Source of the DNA: Eledone cirrhosa
Lineage: Eukaryota
Direction of reading: 5' to 3'
DNA length: 64,000 bases
Assembly: GCA_964016885.1 (NCBI GenBank)
Contig: OZ024743.1
Span: forward strand, 266,910,001 to 266,974,000
The notes under the pieces are model-generated. The model was not told the DNA's origin and did no database searches. It worked only from the letters and a program-made list of their open reading frames with translations. Shown piece after piece: positions 1 through 13,863 of this stretch. A program made the position numbers and the translations under genes. Positions within the stretch are counted from its first letter, which is position 1. Every line of letters starts with the position of its first letter.

Positions 1-77
1 TACACTATAAAAACATTTATTGTGTATGTATGTATGTTTTTTTTGTATGTATGCTTGTATGTATGTATTTATGTATT

Positions 78-660
78 TATGGTAACATGAAATCCAGTAC
101 AACCTGTCTCATGGTCGGGTCGTTGGCGACTAAACTGGCAACCCCACCAAGGTTTCTTTGTTAGGAGGGTGACTTTGGACATCCTGCAGGACTAAAAACA
201 AAACCTGTCGAAGGGCAAAGGTGCTCTTAAGGGTCAATGGCCATCCAAAATCACCGGGAGAGATGACCCCTTAGACTTTGTCAAGGCAGAATTCTAGGAG
301 AAGGAAAACTCTGATATAACACCTGCAAATCTGATGGTATCCAATGATGTTGACTTGTTCTTCTTTTTGGTAAATATCATCTTGGTTAAGAGAGTGGGAC
401 TGGCTTTGTGCAGTGTCTTTCCTCACTATAAAAGCTTCACGGCACAGGCATTGCTTTATATCTGGATATCTCTCTGCACGTGTCGTCACATGGTACCATG
501 GGCCCAGCACTATGTGTCAATAATTGTCACAAGTGTAGTGTTTGTACCAGAGTTTTCAAGTCGCTGGCTGGACTAAAATGTCACACTCGTTCAGCGCATG
601 GATATAAAGTAGTGGCCGTACTCGAAAACGAGTTGGTAGCCACCATGTATATATGTATGT
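78..660 (+). mobile_element. Short RTE-derived non-autonomous retroelement (RTE-like 5' region joined to 3' zinc-finger end, (TATG)n tail)
   Basis: ORF 480..806 contains CSVCTRVFKSLAGLKCHTRSAH, resembling the C-terminal C2H2 motif of RTE ORFs. The element ends in and is flanked by (TATG)n repeats. Confidence 0.55.
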
Positions 661-787
661 ATGTATGCATGTATATCAACAACTGGCGCATTGATCGCCT
701 TCGAGTCAAACATATTTGTTCTCTGCTTTCTCCCCTTGTAACCATTTGGGTAATTCTTACTATTATTCCTTTATCATATAACTATTA

Positions 788-848
788 TGCAATATACACC
801 TCATGATGTCGCCAGAGCCTGGCCACTGAAATGTACATAGTATTTGCA
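788..848 (+). ncRNA. Degenerate hammerhead-like motif (PLE pLTR type)
   Basis: ctcatga (CUGAUGA with G5C), stem II gtcgccag/ctggccac, tGAAA, palindromic TGTACA, TA, and imperfect stem I (tgcaatatacac/gtatttgca). Confidence 0.45.
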
Positions 849-1051
849 AGAACAAAACTTTGAAAGAATTTCGCCAATGGGGCCTCCTGTCATTTTACTC
901 AATAATAGTTAACTCCGTTCCAGGCCCACCAAAGGGATTCAACATCAAATATAGTTTAGTTGGGTTACGTCGAGTGCTTTTCCTACTAATTCATCACGCT
1001 TAACTATATGAAATGACCAGTTCTATCCAGTGGTCAATCGCCAAACCTTAA

Positions 1052-1098
<47 letters not shown>

Positions 1099-1104
<6 letters not shown>

Positions 1105-2070
1105 AAGTGAGTCCTTCATCAGTGACCCTCAAACCGTCCTCGGCATTTCATCGCTTTAAGGGCCATATGCCTCAGGTTGGTGCGAACAACGGCTAAAAAA
1201 AGTCGTTGGGACACGTAAATAAAGGGGGACGCTAGAGTAACAACAAAAAGGTTTAAGCAACGGAAAGTGAGTAGAAATAGACAAGTCCCAGATCTCTATG
1301 AATATAAACTCTGTGAAATCGTGAACAAGAGACGAAAGACCATCAGACCTGGTTGAAATGTGAGCAAGGAAAGAATTTCGCCCAAGCTTGACGGGGGGGG
1401 GGGGGGGGGGAGAGAGTAGAGAGAAAGAAAAAGGAGAGAAGAGGAAGAAGAAGAAGAAGAAGAAGATAAGGGGGTCTGGTCTACGAATTCGGTAAACGCA
1501 AGTTTTGTGAAGTCGCAGACGAAAGAGAGAGAGAAAAAAATTCCATACCAGCTCGGTCAAGACTGCGCGAGAAAAGAATTACACACAGGTCAAACTTGAA
1601 GGAGGAGGAGGAAAGAGGAGGAGGAGAGGTAGTGACAGAGAATGAGTGAGTGAAAGTTGAGGAGAGAGTAACAGAGAGGGAGACTGCTAGAAGTGGTAAA
1701 GATACAAGGAACGAAACAGACGAAGGCAGCATGGAAAAGTTATATGTGTAAATATGATGATAATAATGGAACTGCGGCGTTGCAAATGGGATACATATGA
1801 AAAAGTGCGTCCTTCATCAGTGACCCTCCAACCGTCCTCGGCATTTCATCGCTTTAAGGGCCACATGCCTCAGGTTGGTGCGAACAACGGCTAAAAAAAG
1901 TCGTTGGGACACGTAAATAAAGGGGGACGCTAGAGAAACAACAAAAAGGTTTAAGCAACGGAAAGTGAGTAGAAATAGACAAGTCCCAGATCTCTATGAA
2001 TATAAACTCTGTGAAATCGTGAACAAGAGACGAAAGACCATCAGACCTGGTTGAAATGTGAGCAAGGAAA
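1099..2070 (-). mobile_element. Family A: non-coding element with ~272 bp direct terminal repeats (698 bp period), inserted in (TA)n
   Basis: 1099-1372 is nearly identical to 1797-2070, and both flanks are (TA)n. The minus strand reads CTGATGAAGGAC (HHR 5' core) in each repeat. Confidence 0.7.
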
Positions 2071-2099
2071 TATATATATATATATGTATATATGATTTT

Positions 2100-2160
2100 A
2101 GTCCAGAATTATCCGTCGAAACGGCTTGAGCTCAGCCGTCGGGGTCCTACTCGTTCCTAT
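2100..2160 (+). repeat. Fragment of the 49 kb hairpin-element family
   Basis: gtcgaaacggcttgagctc..gccgtcggggtc matches 49090-49121. Confidence 0.75.
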
Positions 2161-2219
2161 ATATATATATATATATATGTATGTATACATACATATCAAT
2201 CTTGATACTCCGATACATA

Positions 2220-2289
<70 letters not shown>

Positions 2290-2293
<4 letters not shown>

Positions 2294-2550
2294 AAGGGAC
2301 TTGGCGATTTCATATCCGGCCGCGTTTATTTCAGTCAATGCCATCGCTATTACCTTTTTGTAGGTGGTCGTGAAGGCATTTTTTGCCAGCTTATTGTAGG
2401 TCTGTGGGTCTACCTCATAAACGTTTTTGGTTTTATCGGAGGAGACATGAAGATTAGGGGATTTTTTTTATATTCCACAATTCAGTATTTAAGTAGGCCT
2501 GGAATGGTATAGTGAAAAATGGAACGGGAACAAAACAGAGAGGCAGTACA
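2290..2550 (-). pseudogene. PLE fragment: pLTR end running into the N-terminal RT region
   Basis: The minus strand translates (one frameshift) as [65 protein letters not shown], matching the PLE DKTxNxY..YxKL...YKK pattern. 2510-2550 recurs at 57180-57225. Confidence 0.65.
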
Positions 2551-2557
2551 TATATAT

Positions 2558-2638
<81 letters not shown>

Positions 2639-3348
2639 TATGTATCATATATATGTACATGTATATATATATATACACATATATATATGTATCGGAGTAT
2701 CAAGATTTAATTTATTAAGAATATGACTGAATCATGGAATATGGCAAATCAGCTTAACTCTATTTTTCAAGACATATTAAAATAAAAACTCTATTATAAA
2801 ATGTAACATTAATCTCATGATCTCAGCAACAGAGCTTAGTTGATATCAATAACTCGTTGAGAGTTTACTCATACGATTCCTTGGAAGTAATTTGTCATAA
2901 AGTATACAGATCCTGCACCCATATATTAACATGCATACATTCATAAATACATACATATATATACATACATACATTCATACATACATGCATACATTCATAA
3001 ATACATATATATATACATACATACATTCAGTCATACATACATGCATACATACATATATACATAGTTCCTACTTATAAATACGTACAGAAATACAGACAGA
3101 CATGCATGCATACTTGTATTCGTATCAGTTTATAAGAGTATGCATCTATATATATATATTTATATCTATATATAGAGAGTTATATTTATATAAGTATGTA
3201 TATATCTATATGTATATATCAATCTATGTGTGTATATATATATGTATATATATATATACATATATTAATGTATAAATGTAAATGTATGCACCCGACACAC
3301 ACATTTATATATATAAATATGCACCCACATATACATACATACACACAA

Positions 3349-3406
<58 letters not shown>

Positions 3407-4264
3407 TTATTTATATATATATACATTTATTTATATATATATACATTTATTTATATATATATACATAGAGAGAGAGATAGAGAGAGAGGGAGAGAGGGAG
3501 AGAGGGAGAGAGGGAGAGAGGGAGAGAGGGAGAGATAGAGAGGGGGAGAGATAGAGAGGCAGATAGATAGATAGATAGATGTACTTATATACATATATAC
3601 ATGCACATGTTTAGAACAAGATACGAGCAGTATGGCAGCAGTATTATATATCATACATTACATGAATTTCCTTTGTTACCGCACAAGACATTTACGGTCG
3701 TTCTATACTTGGCTATTCAATATAACATGTACTTTGTTGCTCTTAGCAACCAGTAATAGCATTTCCCTACATCTTATTCTATTTTACACCGTAAATCTTG
3801 TTCGTTTATTTCTTTTTCTAAAACTAATTTATTGTTTTTTATTGGATTTTCATGGCAATTTTTTTTCAGTAAATAATCATTTGTTATTTTTTATATCTTC
3901 TCAAATCTTTCTTTCTTTTATTTTTTATATAATATTCCGATGTTGTATACAAGCAACTTTCCAGTTGTTTAATCTCAATTCACATACATTAAGGCAAGCT
4001 TTATTATCGTTTCAAATACACATCATATATATCGTTTCATCTGATTTTCTATTTAAATTCGGAGTCTTTCATCTAATTCTATTTTCTAATGTCGCTAACT
4101 TCTTATCCTTGTTAATGGTGTATGTTATTGAGTAATGTTACTTCCGGTTTTGATATTTTGATGTTGATTTTTTTTTTCGAGGTGTCGGTGTGTATTTAAA
4201 AACACTCTTGCTGCACTCACAATATGATATACATACATATATATATGCACACAAACACTACACT

Positions 4265-4310
<46 letters not shown>

Positions 4311-4824
4311 ATTCCTGAAATATATTAAAAAAAGAGTATTAAAAAAATGCTTATATGTAAAACAGTATATGTAACAACTTATAAAATCACCAAAAAAATA
4401 TAAATATCAAAGAAAAATATTTCAAACTGTTAAAAAAATATAATGGTTGCAAACAACAGAAGTAAAGTATGTACAAATATAGCAAAATACTCTGTGAAGA
4501 AGCGAATTGAATATGAGATACGCCCTCAGACACACACATGCAGACACCCTCACTCGTACACACAGAAACACACCCACCCACGCACACATACACAGGCACG
4601 CGAACACACACACGGGCGCGCGCGCACATACTCACACAAAATAAAACACATGCATATATATATATGAACTGTATGAAAAAGAAACTTTGATACTGAATGA
4701 AATATATTCAAATAGATGATCTCATAAAAATCATAAAAAGAATTTAATATATTTAATATAAAATATAATCAAATATACCCAAAAACAAATCACCCCCCCC
4801 CCCATATATATATATATATATATA

Positions 4825-4861
<37 letters not shown>

Positions 4862-4866
<5 letters not shown>

Positions 4867-5340
4867 AAACTCGCTATCTTCAATTCGATATTCATGCCAA
4901 CCTTTACGTATGGTCATGAATTTTGGATAATGACCGAAAATATAAGATCGCGAATGCAAACGGCCGAAATAGGGTTCATCTGAAATGTTCTAGAAGTAAC
5001 GTTAATAGATAGATTACGTAGCTCGGAGATCAGAATTTCGATCCAGACAGACCCGTTACTTTTCTGAATAGAGAGATGCTAGCTTCGATATAACGGACAT
5101 GTGGTTATAATGCCTTACGAATGAATAGACCGGATAGAGTTTAGGGCAAAACCAACCAGCAGGAGACCGAAGGGTAGACCTCGAGCAAGATGGTTGGATA
5201 ACGTAAGTGACCTCGGCTGGCCTTACTTTTGGATCCTACCGTACAAATTGGAGACATTTGCTTCTGACAGGACCCGTTGGAATAAGTGTTTGAGGACTCT
5301 GACGTCACGACTCTCTTAGGAAATGAGTGGGTGAAGAAGA
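4862..5340 (+). mobile_element. RTE-clade (Rex3/Expander-like) LINE 3' fragment, decayed
   Basis: Translates as KLAIFNSIFMPTFTYGHEFWIMTENIRSRMQTAE...LRYNGHV...RRPKGRPRARWLD with several stops. Confidence 0.8.
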
Positions 5341-5959
5341 AGATACATATATATAGATACATCTATACATATATTTAAGTATATATATATATATAAAAGA
5401 GAAAACACAGGTAAGCGTTAAGAGAAGGATTTTATCTAGGTATTTACTGGTTAGTGCAACCTTATATTTGTTTTTCTCTATATATTAAGAATTATTTCAA
5501 GAGTAACTTACTCACTATTTTAAAAATTTGGACTGTGAGCAACAATTATAATTGAGTGGCTGCTATTTGCAGTATAGCAATATAAGGTTACACTTACCAA
5601 TGAAACGGTCGTAAATATATATATATATATAGCGATTAAAAGAATGATACAAGGAGTCGTGTGAAGTGTGTGTACCATGTGTTATGGGCAAAATTAACCG
5701 CACTTTTGGTGTGAACGTGTGTTACTCCAATTTAGCTTGGCTGAATAAAGTGCTAAGTCCTCTAATTTGATTAATGCTAGTATTTCTATGATTACCTTGA
5801 TAAATATGCTCATAATTTCCGATCATCCACTCTTGTTAAAAAGATATACCTCCTTCTTGTGTCTAAATATGGTCAGTAATTATTGATTATTGTGTTCTGT
5901 TTTATTTATTTAACGCTTTCACTTCCTATAAATCCCTACTCTCCTGTGTTTCGTACTGT

Positions 5960-6245
5960 CTTACAGCGTTGGACAACATGCTATATTGCATATGGTTACA
6001 CCCCTTTACACCCTGATTTGAAATCCTGCCGATGTTAGTTTTACCCTTCATCCATACGGGGTCGAGAGAATAAAGTAAGGGTAATGAGCTGGATTTAATC
6101 GACATTTCCCTCCCCCAAAATTGGTTATTTGCATAAATCATAAACCATTTCCTTACGGGGGGTCGATAAAATAAAGTACCAGATAAAATAAAGTACCACT
6201 GGGTAATTGCTGGCCTTGTGCCAAAAGTAGAAACCATTATTATTA
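5960..6245 (+). mobile_element. tRNA-derived SINE (main family), composite/degenerate
   Basis: Core ccttcatcc..ggggtcgataaaataaagtacc and tail gctggccttgtgccaaaagtagaaac(att)n are shared with the other copies. Confidence 0.75.
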
Positions 6246-8299
6246 CTATACACAAACAGTATACGAGGCATTGGAGAACAGCATTATGCAAAACGATATT
6301 TAGTATCATATGAAATATTTATAAAACCACACAGTAATTAGAAGGATCTTAACTCCTGAGGGTGGCCCCTTCCTGACATACATCGTTTCGTGACGATTTC
6401 TGATCTGGCGGTGTCGTGCCACACCATGTTTAAAATCAAAGTTGACCACTGGGATTTGAAATCAGTGTGAAGTGGGTCAGAACAAATACTATTAAATATT
6501 TACTCCGATGCCCTAATCACTGTGACAATTCGCCCGCTTACAGATTGTTTAACACACGATGTATTAAAAAAAAACTCATATGAGTCCTATAGACTGGTTA
6601 GATAGACCTCACATATAATTTCATAGGAATAATAAATAACCCTTTGGATTTGCTGTGATTCGTTAATGTACAATAGCACCTGCAACTTCTGAAAAGTCCT
6701 TGTTTTTAATTCTCTCGTTATTTTGATTATGAAACTAAAAGTCAAACTTTAAGGTGCTTTCATTTGAGATATTCTTTTACCAAGTTAAACCATTTATTGA
6801 CTGGGCACAATTCCTTCAAACATTCAGTAAACTAAGTAGATAATTTTATTATGGAAATTGACTTAATTTTAAACGCCTCAATTTATGATAATTTTTACCA
6901 TGAAAAATAGTTTAAGTTGGGCATTAAGGACACTAGAGACGGAAAAAAGCGTACAAAATTGCCCGTTAGACAATCATGTATTTGTAAAAATTCGTCTTCT
7001 CCGCACTGTCATTTAGAAGATTTGTAAAAGGGTTGTTTTATTAGGGGGGCTTATTTCTAATTTTCCTCTTCTCTTTACTGCTGTAGGAATCAGTCGTCTG
7101 TTCTCCGCTATTATAATTTAGCTTTATTTTAGTTTTATTTTAGTTTTTCAGTTTCCGAAGGCAGACGGATTTGAAAAGGCTTTGCCAACTGGTGTTTTTT
7201 CGCTGCCATGTCAGTCTTATCAACTTTGACCCCGCAAGGGGGTTGATTCCCGGTTTCGGAATGACATTGCTGCGCTTGAAGCCATTCTCAAGCAGCTGAC
7301 ACATAAAGGCGGCATATCATTTCTCCCACTATTGGGGTGGCGCTTATTACCTACTGATATTGCGTTACAATAGCGACAATGACTCAGGTCTTAATGCCAC
7401 TTGCTATATAGCTCAGAATGTTTCCGAAGCGTGTTGTTGCCCTATCAGAAGTTTGTTTAAATCCCTCACGTAATCTGCAAGGTCAGATACGATATATTTT
7501 ACTGACATAATCGAATTACATTATTTTTAAAAATAAAATCTATGCAGCCTACCAAACAACCAGGTATCCATTCATTCAGACATACACTTCAAGAAAGTCA
7601 CATAACATCGATATTTTCTCAACTACATGAGAAGTATCCCCCATCGGTTGGACGATTAACATTCAGTTGTTTAATAAAATGAAGGTTCTACTGATTAGAT
7701 TAATATGTAATTAATTGAGTATTCTCATAAAGTCAAGTTCCTTTAAGATAGAGCTTGATGGTACATGCTAATGCTGGGTTTATATATTTAGCATAGTATG
7801 GAATTACACACAATTTCCTAAACAAACTAATAAAAATATATATATTAAAAAAAAATACAAACAAAAGACACCGAACTCCAGTGTCGTCGGTCGTTGAGGT
7901 GGACTTTGGCAGTTTGAACCTTACCAATATATATGATATATATAATAAATATATATATATAGCTGTGTATGTTTGTATAATATTCATCTCTTTACATTAT
8001 GAGCTAAATTACAACAGGGTCAAATTTACTTTTCGTCGATAAAATAAGTAACATTGAAGCATTGGAATCTGCAGGATTGAATATATGCCTCTCCAGAAGT
8101 GTGTGGCATTTGCTTGCTGAAAACTAATTATGTGACACATATCATTCTTGATATTCTTGGGCTCCCGTCACTGGGTTGATGAATGATGAAAGTTAGTCCA
8201 CACGTGATGTCTCATTTTTATCTCTTTAACATATTAACATATATATCTACATACTCCTTTCTAATTAATACTTGTAACACACATAATTTATATGAAAAG

Positions 8300-8408
<109 letters not shown>

Positions 8409-8656
8409 CATATGAAGAGAATTTGACAAGTTTGTCTTACTGCCGCTGCCCTTTACGCCAACAAATACATGCCTATACATGTAACTATCTCTGATATAAT
8501 CTCCCCTACATTTTCTCCCTGCTACATCATCACTTTGCTATTTGACTTTCTATATTTTATTACGTACTTCTTCTTTAACACACACACACACACGCACACA
8601 CACCCATATATATATAAATATATTTAAAAGAATAGAGGTGTAATACACGAGATATG

Positions 8657-9039
8657 ATATATTGGTAAAAGGAAAAGAAAATGCTGACAAATTGTTCCCA
8701 GTGAAAAATAGTTTAATTAGGAATAAGTAAAAATTAGTAATAGTATTGGTTAGTATTCAGTTTTGGTTTTAAGTTTTTACCGGTTGCGCATTTCTAATGC
8801 TTTTCCAAAATAATTTTGAGATAGAGCGCCCGTGATGTTTGCTCTAGATTAAAGCAAACATCACGGGCGCTCTATCTCAAAATTATTTTTGAAAAGCATT
8901 AGAAATGCGCAACCGGTGAAAACTTAAAACAAAAACTGAATACTAACCAATACTATTACTAATTTTTACTTATTCCTAATTAAACTATTTTTCACTGCGA
9001 ACAATTTGTCAGCATTTTCTTTTCCTTTTACCAATATAT
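8657..9039. repeat. Near-perfect fold-back palindrome (~187 bp arms, 9 nt loop) of an HHR-like element
   Basis: 8657-8843 is the reverse complement of 8853-9039 with a few substitutions. Confidence 0.95.
8886..8921 (+). ncRNA. Hammerhead-like variant (UUGAAAA core, GCAA instead of GAAA)
   Basis: ttt-TTGAAAA-gcat/tagaa/atgc-GCAA-CCGG-TG(TA in mirror arm)-aaa has the same topology as 17167-17204. Confidence 0.5.
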
Positions 9040-9368
9040 AAATATATATATATATATAATTGGGTATATAGTAAAATCGAATCTCTGGCGCTTTGCAAGC
9101 AAATTCGGCCTACTATATGAAATAATGAGTTAGCAAAGCACTCGATAAGGTAGGTCCTGAGAGTAATAACACACGTTTAAATAGCTTGGCAAATCGAACA
9201 TTGTGGTAGGCAAAATCTAGCACACAATATACCAAAGTAACGAGAGAACTAACAGGTTGAGAAAAATACACCTGCACAAATCAAACGATTATGCGTTTAA
9301 AGTGTTTCTATGAATCCGATAAATATATTTATAAATATATAAATAAATATATATATATATATATTTAC

Positions 9369-9413
<45 letters not shown>

Positions 9414-9525
9414 CGTACATATATGCATGCATACAAACATACATACATACATATATATTCATGACCAATGTATATACATGTATTTATACAAACGCACACA
9501 CATATATATATGTATATATGTATAT

Positions 9526-9591
<66 letters not shown>

Positions 9592-9940
9592 TTAAATTTG
9601 ACTCTAGATTTTCTTACAAACACTTTCATTACCGATGCTTCTTTTTGCTTTAATGTATTTATCGATTTTACTAAAGAAGGGTTTATTTATTATTAATTTT
9701 TAATTTAATACCGGAAATCCGCCATCAGTCGAACAACTCTGTAAAATGAATGACTCCAACAATTCACGCTATATTCATACCTGATGGAAATACATGAGGA
9801 AAGTAATGTTTGTAGAGTTCTCGATCCGAGAGTAAGTTACCAGGTGTATGTATATGTTGTGAATGGGAATGTCTGTTTCATTTCGTAAGAGAGAGAGAGA
9901 GAGAGAGCGCGAGAGGGAGAGAGAGAGAGAGGGAGAGAGG

Positions 9941-9976
<36 letters not shown>

Positions 9977-10246
9977 GAGAGAGAGAAGGGAGAGTGAGGG
10001 AGAGAAAGGGGGTGAGAGGAAGTGAAGCAGAACTTTAGGAATGAATACTAATTCAAATTTAAAACATTGTTACATCACTTGTATAAGCCTTAATAAATAC
10101 TTAGAATACATAAGTGAAAATTCATGTAACTATATATTAATATACATTGTCCAACCTCACGCACATTATATATATATATACATGTAACTATCTCTATATA
10201 TTAGAATTGGAGCATAAAGTGTATTGCAAAATACATTATATATACA

Positions 10247-10327
<81 letters not shown>

Positions 10328-10532
10328 GTGTGTGTGTATATATTTATATATTTACATATATATATATATACATACATATTATATATATAATATTTAATAG
10401 AGAAAAGGCTTCTAAAGGACTAGAATCATTCGTAGGGTAACCACTTACTGTGGTTACTCCCGATTGAACCAGGCCTACTTACACATATATATATGTACAC
10501 AGACACACACACACACACACACAAACACAAAC

Positions 10533-10612
<80 letters not shown>

Positions 10613-10637
10613 CATCAAAATGATGATGATATATATA

Positions 10638-10832
10638 TATAAAGAATTAGTATATCTACCAACATATATATACAGATGCATACCTATGCTAGCAAATATA
10701 TAGGTTGTCTTAGTAACTTTGTGGTTCAATGCAAGGGGATGCAGAACAATTATATGAAAGACGTAAATAAGAAAATTATAAAAATTAACTTACTTACTAA
10801 AATGTTATTAAGTTAATTTTTAATTTTTATAA

Positions 10833-10930
<98 letters not shown>

Positions 10931-11581
10931 AATTAGTATATCTACCAACATATATATACAGATGCAAACATTTGCAAGCAAATATATAGGTTTTGTCTTG
11001 GTAACTTTGTGGCTCAATGCAAGGGTATGCAGAATAATTATATGAAAGACGTAAAAGAAGAAAATTATAAAAATTAACATACTTACTAAAATTTCACTCC
11101 AACTAATTAGTTCCTGAAAGGGAATAAATGGTTTCCAAATGGAAAACATGGAGAAGCCATTTCGTCGTTCTCAGGAAGTCGTTCTCAGCTAAGATACCTG
11201 GCAATGCGTGGACATAGGGAACTTATACAAAAATAATACAGTGAATGGAAAAAAGCAAGTGTGGACTAAATTCCAAGACATTGAAAAAATCACTGCCTCC
11301 TTGGTCGGTGGGAAATTCAAAATAATAAATCACGTGACATCGAGGTTAATCAGTGAGGAGTGGGGTGTTAAAAAGACCACGCTTGCTTTTTACCATTCAC
11401 TGAATTGTTTTTGTATAAGTTCCCCGTGTCCACGCATTGCCAGGTATCTTAGCTGAGAATGACGAAATGGCTTCTCCATGTTTTCCATTTGGAAACCATG
11501 TATATTCCCTTTCAGAAATTAATTAGTTGGAGTGAAATTTTAGTAAGTAAGTTAATTTTTATAATTTTCTTATTTTACGTC

Positions 11582-11587
<6 letters not shown>
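10638..11587. mobile_element. Family C element, locus 1: partial copy, forward copy and inverted partial copy
   Basis: 10638-10806 repeats at 10925-11090. 11377-11587 is an inverted copy of about 11040-11262. The whole is homologous to 18699-19885. Confidence 0.85.
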
Positions 11588-11658
<71 letters not shown>

Positions 11659-11674
11659 TATATATATTTATATA

Positions 11675-11706
<32 letters not shown>

Positions 11707-11721
11707 TCGTTTCTGAATTTG

Positions 11722-11852
<131 letters not shown>

Positions 11853-11878
11853 TATATACATATATCTATATGTATGTG

Positions 11879-11925
<47 letters not shown>

Positions 11926-12109
11926 TTCCATGCATACATCCATGGTAAATGCATACATATAAATATTTGCGCTTCCCTATATATATATATACCATTTTTT
12001 TAGTTGTTATCGGGTTACCTGGCAACAACATAGAGATTCGCCATCACTGCATCTCATAATGTTCAGAAATATCGTCATCTTGAATATGGCCGCAAATAAT
12101 TCCATGAGG

Positions 12110-12590
12110 AGATTGATGGTGATGATGATGATCATTGTTCTGATAATGATAATGATGGATGTGTTGGTGATGATGATGCGAATCATGACGATACTAATCA
12201 TATTGATTATAGTAGCAATGTCGGTATTTATGTTGATTATGATGATGATGATGATGATACGAGTGATGTTGATCGTGTTGCTGGTTTTGATGATGATGTT
12301 GATAATATGGATGATAGTGGTGGTGGTCGTCGTGTGAGGAGTTATGATGATGATTATGATGATGAGGATAGCCATGTCCATCACCATTGTTTTAAAATTA
12401 GCATTAGTAACTTATGAACATTCCCCGTCCTCAACATCCTCATCCTCCTCATCATTATTATCATCATAATCATCTCAGTTATCATCATCATCATCATCAT
12501 CATCAACAATCTATTCTTCTCCCTTTCATCCTCCTCCTGCTTCACCTCTTTCACCTCATCATCATCATCAAAATCATTACAGTTATCATC
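12110..12590. repeat. Degenerate (GAT)n/(CAT)n low-complexity tract
   Basis: The trinucleotide repeats are visible directly, in two orientations. Confidence 0.85.
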
Positions 12591-12594
12591 TCAA

Positions 12595-12782
12595 CCCTTT
12601 AGCATTTACATAACTCTATATATACTATTGTATTTTTAAGGTAATATCCAATCTATGATATTTTGATGTCATTTATTTTGAGAATAATACAAACATAAGT
12701 ATGAGTGGCCAGTTACTGCTGGTTTGGACAGAAAGAGGTGAGAGACTTCTGGCTGGATATGGTCCGTTTAAATGCTAAAGGG
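12595..12782. mobile_element. piggyBac-like MITE (188 bp)
   Basis: TIRs CCCTTTAGCATTTA ... TAAATGCTAAAGGG, flanked by TCAA/TTAA (TTAA TSD with one mismatch). Confidence 0.75.
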
Positions 12783-12859
12783 TTAAATATTATAATTTAA
12801 ATTTTAACATGTCTCAAAAGTGACATATAATACTACTATTGTTATTGGTATTTAATGGG

Positions 12860-13065
12860 GGTGGATTAGCAACATCGTCTGTGCGTCGGATGATACTCAT
12901 TATAGTATTTCGTTATAGCTATCTACATTTTTGTGTTCAAATTACGCCGAGATCAACTTTGCTTTGGGTCGATAGCATAAAGTAACTGTAACGCACAGAA
13001 TTCGATAATCGATTTTCCATTCCCATCAAATTGCTGCCATTGTGCCAAATATACAAATAATTACT
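12860..13065 (+). mobile_element. tRNA-derived SINE, diverged
   Basis: gtggattagca..gttcaaattacgccgagatcaactttgc..gggtcgat..ttgctgccattgtgccaaat. Confidence 0.7.
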
Positions 13066-13309
13066 TGTGTTATTATTGTCTGTAAGTCGGTTGATACGCA
13101 AAAATGTTAGTGGAGGGGCAACAGGAATTGTGGTATTTATTACGTTTCTTCACTTCCTTATTTCATATCCCATCGAAGGGTATGTCTGTTTTGTCATTCT
13201 CTGTAACCGCTTTTCAGTTGAAATTAGTAAATCTCTTTATAATATTATTCCGATTTTTACAATGAGCTCGGTTCTTGTGCTATCAATGGAAAAGTAGCGA
13301 AAATATGAT

Positions 13310-13545
13310 CGTAATCTTTACCCCCATGGGAGATACCGATGTGCAGATTGGCACTGAAATCCTGACATACAAAGTAGTGATTGGAATGAATAGCGGACTC
13401 AATCTAAATATGAATGGAGATACCTTATTAGACTTCTATTCTAGTAATGGGCTCTCTATTATGAACACCTTCGCCAACAAAAAACATCCATAAATATACA
13501 GGGTATAAAAAGGGCACAAAGATTAACAATTGATATTGTTATTGT
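13310..13545 (+). pseudogene. RTE-type APE endonuclease fragment
   Basis: MGDTDVQIG..KVVIGMNSGLNLNMNGDTLLDFYSSNGLSIMNTF resembles the RTE motif GDFNAHVG..VIG..N.NG..LLDFC..NGL.I.NTF. Confidence 0.65.
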
Positions 13546-13555
13546 CCTCTGCCTG

Positions 13556-13824
13556 GGAATGATACCTAAGGGGTCTAATGATTACTTATCGCAAATCCCA
13601 GGAAACCCGCGTATAGGAGAAATACAAAAGATAGTACTAATGGGAACTGCCCATATACTAAGGAAGATTCTGTCAATATAAGTAGATCACAAGTCTAAAC
13701 ACTAAAGATGCATGTGTGAGTATGTATGTTCTTTCTTGAACATGGCGGACCTTGTTGTCTCTTGAGGTCACTGGTTGTGACTTGGTGATAACTCGTATGA
13801 ACATAAAGCAAGATAAATGCAACT

Positions 13825-13862
<38 letters not shown>
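13556..13862 (+). mobile_element. R4/Dong LINE 3' end with (TAA)n tail (first copy)
   Basis: Near-identical to 15219-15515. Confidence 0.85.

Positions 13863-13863
<1 letters not shown>

Noticed and set aside
12007-12602. His/Ile/Met-rich ORFs and a possible small exon (12019-12105, minus strand, ending CAG|gtaacc)
   Set aside because: The sequence is degenerate (CAT)n with a stop in the His frame. I found no partner exons or homology to support the exon.
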